A DNA stretch of 63,752 nucleotides, counting the filler, from Reclinomonas americana ATCC 50394 (taxonomy: Eukaryota): NCBI GenBank assembly GCA_048213135.1. It is 18 parts of 18 records of this genome, joined end to end, with 100 filler letters (N's around TTAATTAATTAA, not from the genome) between each part and the next. Parts side by side here need not be neighbours in the genome. Positions count along the whole stretch, not along the records: positions 57,589 to 61,207 come from AFZH01017312.1; positions 61,308 to 62,506 come from AFZH01017319.1; positions 62,607 to 63,752 come from AFZH01017321.1; 15 more parts are not named here. One strand, written 5' to 3'. Of this stretch, positions 57,489-63,752 are shown piece after piece. The notes below the pieces were generated by a model. It saw nothing but the letters and a program-made list of their open reading frames with translations, ran no database searches and was not told the DNA's origin. Numbering within the stretch: the stretch's first letter is position 1; every line of letters begins with the position of its first letter. The translations under genes and the position numbers were made by a program.

Positions 57489-58699
57489 NNNNNNNNNNNN
57501 NNNNNNNNNNNNNNNNNNNNNNNNNNNNNNNNTTAATTAATTAANNNNNNNNNNNNNNNNNNNNNNNNNNNNNNNNNNNNNNNNNNNNTCTCTCTCTCTC
57601 TCCTCCCTCCTCCTCCTCCCCTCAACCGCCTCACCTGACCACCATGCTTTCCACGACCATACTGCCGACCCTCCACGAATCCTGGATCCCAGTCGATACG
57701 CACCAGCCGTTCATCGACACACAGTCCGTTCAGGTACTTGACGGCATCCTCGGCCGCATGCCTGTCATAATACCTGGCACATCGCTCTCATTCTTCAGCA
57801 CACACGCAGAATGAGAGTGCACGAGGAAAAGCCGCGCCACGCAACTCGACAAAGCAGAAGCCGCACGGGGTGCGCTCGATCTGGTTGAGACCCATGATGA
57901 TGCGACGAATGTCGCCACATCTGCGCGTGAATGAGGAGGGTGTGAGGCGAGGCAAAGGGCGAGTGAGTGAAAGAGAGAACAAGGGAGGGAGGGAGAGGCG
58001 AGGGATGAGAGACAAGTGAGAGAAGAGAGAGAGAGGGAGAGAAAATGAAGCGAGGGATGAGAGAGAAGACGAGAGAGAGAGAGATAAGAGGCAAGTGCAT
58101 CGTGAGATGAGGCATTTCTCGCACGAAAGAGAGTCACCGACGCAGGCACAGGTGAGATTAGGCAGATGCATACCAGACAAGAGACACACTCATCGTATGA
58201 GCACAGCAGAGAACGAGAAGAGAGACAGCGTGATGCACAATGCATTCCAAAGTCATCAATCACATGTTGCCTCTCTCTCTCACACTCACCACACCACACT
58301 TTCCCTCTCGTTTCCCTCTCGTTCTCTCATCCTCTCTTCTTCTGAGACTCCCATAGAGAGTGTGTGAAGAGTGAGAGAGACAAGAGAGACGCACAATGCA
58401 CGCAACAGTGATTGATCAGATGCTGCTCTCTCTCTCTTAGACTCCCATACGTGTGTGTGCATATATAGAGAGAGAGAGAGACAGAGTGAGAGAGCCTGTG
58501 TGTGTGAGAGAGACAAGAGAGACACAAAATGCAGCACAGTGATTGATCAGATGCTGCTCTCTCTCTCTCTCTCTCTCTCTCTCTTAGACTCCCAAACGTG
58601 TGTGCATAGATAGAGAGTGAGAGACAGAGTGAGAAAGCCTCTGTGTGTGAGAGAGACAAGATAGACACACATTGCAGCACAGTGATTGATCAGATGCTG

Positions 58700-58736
<37 letters not shown>

Positions 58737-59067
58737 ACAGTGACACACACACACTCTCTCTCTCTTAGACTCCCAAACGCGTGTGCACAGACAGAGAAAG
58801 AGAGATGCTGTGTGTGTAAGAGAGACAAGAGAGACACACAATGCACTTTCCCCTTCTCTCCCTCCCTCCTCTCTCTCTCTCCCGCCTCCATTCACTCAAC
58901 TTCTTGAACACCTCATAGATCTGCTCCTCGCGCGTGAAGAACGACAGGTTTCCGACATACAACGTGCGAGAGGCGGCCAATGCGCGATGGTACTCGTCGG
59001 GCGACATGCCACTGTGCCTATCAAAGTAGGGCGTGGCGCGACGCACAGGTCGATAGAGAGAGCTCAT
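56173..59067 (-). CDS. NCBP2: Nuclear cap-binding protein subunit 2 (CBP20) with an acidic/basic C-terminal extension
   Basis: Spliced: [52 protein letters not shown]...[40 protein letters not shown], the hallmark CBP20 sequence. Confidence 0.95.
58344..58846. repeat. Degenerate ~130-bp minisatellite (3-4 units) in NCBP2 intron 1
   Basis: acagtgattgatcagatgctgctctctc...ttagactccca recurs at ~58406, ~58537 and ~58679, with microsatellite-variable interiors. Confidence 0.85.
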
Positions 59068-59941
59068 TGGCGTTCGTTGGAGAGACTGAGGAGAGGACTT
59101 GTATTGTCCTCTCGATCTCCAACTTGCATGCAAGCTCGACGTTTTGTTCTCACTTGTGCGCATTACGTGGCGAGCACCATCTGTGCGCAGAGCAAGCTCC
59201 AACATAATTACGAGGCGTATTCTGCTGTACAACAAACAAAACTTCATTCACCACATTTCAATATATATGGTGCGATATCGATAAACGCCCACAAATCCCT
59301 AGGCCTTGCCGACAATGACCTTGGCACACCAACAATATGCAAACACATAATTACTTCTCCAACAGTCATCTTCCCTTCCAGGAGGCAAAGCCAATCAAAC
59401 GCGTGCACGTGTTGGCCTCGAGGGGATTTCAAGTGTACATGTATACATGTGCGCTTGTACATGCATATGTAACTGCATGTTACCTTGCTCACTGATCATG
59501 AGAAAGCAAACTGCTGCGCGTAGATCGGGAGCAGAGCATGCTCTTTGGAGTCGAATTCACTGCTGTGCGCGCTTGCAGCTGTTGACTTCGAGGTCCGGCA
59601 CCCGCGCATGCGCAAGTTGTCTCGCACGCTTGTCTGCCTTCTGCTCTGTGAAGCTGTCTCTTTCCCTGTCTCTCTCCCTCTCCCTCGCCCCCAGCGGCCT
59701 CGAGCTTCGCAGCGCATCCACGCTGCTCACTGCGAAGACAAGCAATAGCAACTGTGCAACATTGCTGCATAATAATTATCTTCGTGAGAATGAGAAAAGG
59801 TCGAAACGCCTGATGGCGGCTCTGCGTAGCAAGTATTTGACGAAGAAGTGGGTTATCCACTCGCAGTAACCATGCATCTTGTGCGCGTTCATTGAACCTG
59901 CGATGAAGAAAACAGCAGGGCCGCGAAGAACCGCGCTGCGC

Positions 59942-61003
59942 TTACCAACGCGTCTCGGGATCAATGCCGAATCGAAAGAGCACGGCTTCGGCCTCCTCCA
60001 CCAAGAAGCACCGCAGCACCATCTCCGGCAGGCACCGCGCTTCGAATCCATCTTCCGCTCCTCCTCCATTCTGCATCTCCCGCACGGCTTGCAGAGCCCG
60101 TCGCGCACTGTCGAGCTCACGGCCGACTAGCGCGTACAGCGAGGACCACACTCGCACAATGCCGTCGGCCCCACCGCTCACAATGTGCTGGCCGTCGGGA
60201 GAGACGGCGACAGAGGTCGCACGACCTTCTTGTCCCTCCAGCCGTCGCACCTCCACTCCGCTCGCCAGCGACCACACTCGCACTGTCATGTCTTCACTCC
60301 CACTCACAACAAAGTGGCCATTGGGAGTGAGTGCCACCGAACGCACCCTGCCAGTGTGTCCTTCCAGTCGTCGCACCTCGTCTCCACTCGCCAGTGACCA
60401 CACACGCACTGTCGTGTCATCACCTCCACTCACAACGTGTTGACCGTCGGGAGTGACGGCCACAGAAAGAGCCCTGCCCAAGTGACCGTACACGAGTCGC
60501 ACCTCCTCTCCGCTCGCCAGCGACCAAACGATCACTGTCCCATCACGGTTACCAGTCACGACGTGCAGACCATCGGGTGTGACGGCGATAGCCAGCACCA
60601 CTCCAGAATAGACCCCCAGCTGACGCATTTTTTCACCGCCACACACTTGCACAGAGCTGCCACCTGTGACAAACCGACCGTCGCGTGTGGCGGCGACGCA
60701 CCACACCAATCCGAAGTGCTCCCCGAACCGTTGAATTTCCTCTCCACCCGCCAGTGACCACACTCGCACCGTCTTGTCAATGCCACCACTCGCAATGTGC
60801 TGTCCATCGGGAGTGACAGCGACGCACATCACGCAGCCAGCGTGTCCTTCCAGCCCTTGCACTTCTTCTCCACTCGCCAGGGACCACACGCGCACTGTTC
60901 TATCACCACTTCCGCTCACCACATGCTCACCGTCGGGAGTGAAGGCCACAGACATCACCGCACCCGCGTGTCCTTTCATGCACTTGGGTTGGAGAGACGA
61001 CAT
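59942..61003 (-). CDS. Intronless 7-blade WD40 + tail, second (inverted) cluster
   Basis: MSSLQPKCMKGH..., seven repeats, tail ELDSARRALQAVREMQ...RCLPEMVLRCFLVEEAEAVLFRFGIDPETRW*. Confidence 0.92.
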   Translation of the reverse strand: MSSLQPKCMKGHAGAVMSVAFTPDGEHVVSGSGDRTVRVWSLASGEEVQGLEGHAGCVMCVAVTPDGQHIASGGIDKTVRVWSLAGGEEIQRFGEHFGLVWCVAATRDGRFVTGGSSVQVCGGEKMRQLGVYSGVVLAIAVTPDGLHVVTGNRDGTVIVWSLASGEEVRLVYGHLGRALSVAVTPDGQHVVSGGDDTTVRVWSLASGDEVRRLEGHTGRVRSVALTPNGHFVVSGSEDMTVRVWSLASGVEVRRLEGQEGRATSVAVSPDGQHIVSGGADGIVRVWSSLYALVGRELDSARRALQAVREMQNGGGAEDGFEARCLPEMVLRCFLVEEAEAVLFRFGIDPETRW

Positions 61004-61177
61004 TGTCAACACAGAGGGATGGTGGAAGGTGAGCAGAATGACGGCTGAAGATGGAACGACCGGAAAGAAGTGTGCGGGACGGACACGGCATCCATTGACG
61101 TTGTCTCAAGGTGCCGGCCGTGTTTCTCGACGCGAGCGACAAGAACAAGAACAAGACTCTCGTACCAGTTGCCTTTA

Positions 61178-61207
61178 TTACCAACGCGTCTCGGGGTAAC
61201 AGCCGAA
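61178..61207 (-). CDS. 3' end of a further WD40 + tail gene truncated by a gap
   Basis: Encodes FGCYPETRW*, matching the FGIDPETRW* end of the downstream gene. Spacer is 174 nt. Confidence 0.75.
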   Translation of the reverse strand, partial: FGCYPETRW

Positions 61208-61307
61208 NNNNNNNNNNNNNNNNNNNNNNNNNNNNNNNNNNNNNNNNNNNNTTAATTAATTAANNNNNNNNNNNNNNNNNNNNNNNNNNNNNNNNNNNNN
61301 NNNNNNN

Positions 61308-63752
61308 GCACCATCTGAGACACCCGTTTGTTCTCGGCCTCAGACATTGAAGAAGTGGCGAACAGAGCGGTGGTAAACAGGGTCTCGACCACCACATTGC
61401 CAGCATCCATCGTGTCCTTGTCGAGCACACCGCGTGCAGCGACAACAACTCGTTGCAACGCGTTGGCGCCGAACAGCAGTCCGTACACGCCCAAGTCGGA
61501 AGCCAGTGCACGCAGTTCGTCCTCGTTGCGTGCTGGCAAGTCGGCGGCGACGGCGGCTTGTAAATTGAAAAGGTGGGCAATGGCAGAGCTGATGTTGGTG
61601 GGCGGCGGCGTCGTAGTCTGTACCAAGGCACGAAGCCGTTGGCCAGCAACTTGGAACTCGGCCTGCAAGCCCACCGAGTCTTGTACGGCGAAAGTAGTCG
61701 CAGTGGCATTGGTGATATTGTCTCCAGTTACCTGGGCACCAGCTGTTGCAGTTGCTCTTGCCGCTGCCATCGCCGTTTTTGCGCGAGTCGTCGCACAAGA
61801 ACACAGAGACTCGAACTCGGCGAGCATGGCCGCCAGCGAGCCAGTGCCGGCGCCATCACCGCCGGAGCCGGCTGCCACGGACTGCATGACCGAGTCAGTC
61901 TCGGCGGCACCTGCGGCTGGCACTTGCGCATACGACGCCTTGACAACTTCTGTCATCACACATGCTTCCACGCGTCGCAAATTAAAATCGTCTTCGGCGC
62001 CTGCACGAACGAGTGATATGAGCATATCATTGATCACACGCAATTCTCCCCAAGTCCGCGCGCAACAAACCGACTGCTGAGAGGAATGGCCGACAGAGCC
62101 GCACTGCAAGTGCCGTCATTCCAGCCGCCTCCTCCACATTGATATCGTTGAGTCGGCGAAGCAGCAAGGCAGTGGGGGGCACTGGAGAGAACGAAATGCG
62201 CGACAAAGGCAGATTCCACGGCTGGTCGGGATTGAGACCAGCAACTTGGCGGTCATCGGCAGCGGTCGCGGGAATGCACGTGGATCCGGATTGTTTGATG
62301 TAAACTGACAGTCGTCGAACGCCGTCGAAAATCTGGCGGCACAACGACGCTTCGATGTCCTCCAGCGTCCGTGCGTCGTCCACGGCAGAATGTCGCAAAT
62401 CACCCTCTCTCGCGTCGGCAATCTTCGCCAGCCGCGATTGCAAGTCAACGGCTTCTGGCATGCTGCGACAAAACGATCGAGTAAGTGCGCGAGCATCTCT
62501 CTCTCANNNNNNNNNNNNNNNNNNNNNNNNNNNNNNNNNNNNNNNNNNNNTTAATTAATTAANNNNNNNNNNNNNNNNNNNNNNNNNNNNNNNNNNNNNN
62601 NNNNNNGCCCACATCGAAATAATGCGTCGCGCTTGAATGCTCACCTCGCGAGGCGACAAACGAGAGCGACTGCAGTACGCGCGAGGCACCGCCCTGCTCT
62701 CGGAATTGGATCGAAATGCAACGCACGAGTGGTTCCTGTGCAGCAGACGAATGAGTCTGGCGTGAACACTGAGCACGCGTCACACCAGTACGCAACAGTT
62801 TGGAACTCGGCGAGCAGCGGATACAAGGCCGCCAAACAACGCTCGACAACAAGTGCATTCTGCATGGACAGGGCACGCGACACGATGCCCATGTTGTCGT
62901 TGAGGAACAGCTGTTGCGCGGTGTCGAGGAAGTTGCCCGCGCCACTGCAGTGCACAGCTGCAGTGTCAGATGATGATGGAATAGTGACGTGAGGCACACG
63001 AAAACACACCCAATGATTTTCAGTGCATCCACTTGCTCCTCCACACGGGGAGACATGCAGCGACAGCAGGCAGTGTGCAGCTCCATCATGCTGTTCTCCT
63101 TGAACCACCTGCACGGACGGGAAAGAACAGTCGGACGCTGACTCTGGATTCCACAACGAGGAAAAAAAAAGATGCGCAACGAGCTCAGCACGCGCTCGGC
63201 GGCATTCACGAGCACACCGTCCAGATCGCCCAGTTGCGTGCACATGTCGATGATTCGGAAACGGTACTCGATGGAAACGTGCAGCAGATCACTGCGGCGA
63301 AACGCGTCAACTCGCAGTGTCGAATGCCGACGATGAGAACAACCAAACGCCGCAACTTGCGCTCCAGCAACGAGTTGACGCACGGGTTGCCATTGAATCG
63401 AAGCACTCGAATGTGTTCCCGCACATTGCTGTGCGGGAAGAAATGGAGGGTCACATCTCCACTCTCACTCAATCAGCTATCATTCATCTCTCGCTCACCG
63501 TGCCAACTTGAACAGGTCGTCGAGGCTGCGCACAGCGGCGCATCATCTCCAAGTGCCGCAGCGAGGGGCACACGGCGACGCCTTGTCCAATGTCGTCCAG
63601 CTCCACCGTGTGGATCTTGTTGTTGTTCAGATACAAGTGGCTGAGCGAGCGGAAGCCAGAAAACCAGCGCCATCTGCAATCGGCACGATTAAGAACAACG
63701 ACCAAGGAGGATTGGGAGGAGAAAGAGTGCACGCAACGGCAGGACGTTGATC
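61308..63752 (-). CDS. Partial multi-exon leucine-rich-repeat protein followed by helical (ARM-like) regions
   Basis: FSGFRSLSHLYLNNNKIHTV, CPSLRHLEM, and the LRR cap IRVLRFNGNPC. Further exons lie at ~63300-62780 and 62461-61308. Both ends are outside the readable sequence, and joining across the 62507 gap is inferred. Confidence 0.6.

Noticed and set aside
55754..58846. Regularly spaced repeats resembling CRISPR arrays
   Set aside because: Whole units are duplicated with no unique spacers, there are no cas genes, and the context is eukaryotic intron/UTR.
57775..58900. Reading the GTT donors as non-canonical TT-starting or U12-type introns
   Set aside because: A TT start would force non-AG acceptors to keep frame, and no GTATCCTT U12 signature is present. 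GT-AG with a shifted register is more parsimonious.
59447..59869. Overlapping 120-140-aa ORFs between NCBP2 and the WD40 gene
   Set aside because: They show no recognisable motifs or splice pattern, so I treated the region as intergenic.

Overview
This is draft-scaffold DNA from an intron-rich, GC-rich eukaryote, most likely a flagellated protist; I cannot name the species from the sequence. It uses the standard genetic code. Seventeen artificial 100-nt linkers (N44-TTAATTAATTAA-N44) mark assembly gaps, and genes mostly continue colinearly across them. Gene order: (1) a ~21.5-kb minus-strand gene for a giant type-I surface protein with a signal peptide, about 20+ Cys-paired Ig/TIG-like repeats, a CBM-like domain, EGF, 10 FN3-like repeats in one 3.5-kb exon, a TM helix and a tail; (2) two tandem secreted PHI-1/EXORDIUM-like + EGF paralogs; (3) a CLC chloride channel lacking both conserved glutamates; (4) a coiled-coil/EF-hand/TFxPxI-repeat gene; (5) an HNH-like nuclease gene; (6) a head-to-tail array of at least 6 intronless 7-blade WD40 genes with variable binding-face residues and a near-invariant C-terminal tail; (7) a coiled-coil protein that appears fused to a C-terminal Rab-like GTPase; (8) NCBP2/CBP20 with a triplicated 3' end; (9) a second, inverted WD40 array; (10) a partial LRR gene. 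The two strongest observations are the pervasive 1-nt-shifted 5' splice sites (non-G|GTTGCG, GTTGAG, GTTACG, GTTTCG; about 22 introns) and the diversifying WD40 + constant-tail receptor array beside a nuclease gene. All exon models were built by eye and need RNA-seq confirmation.
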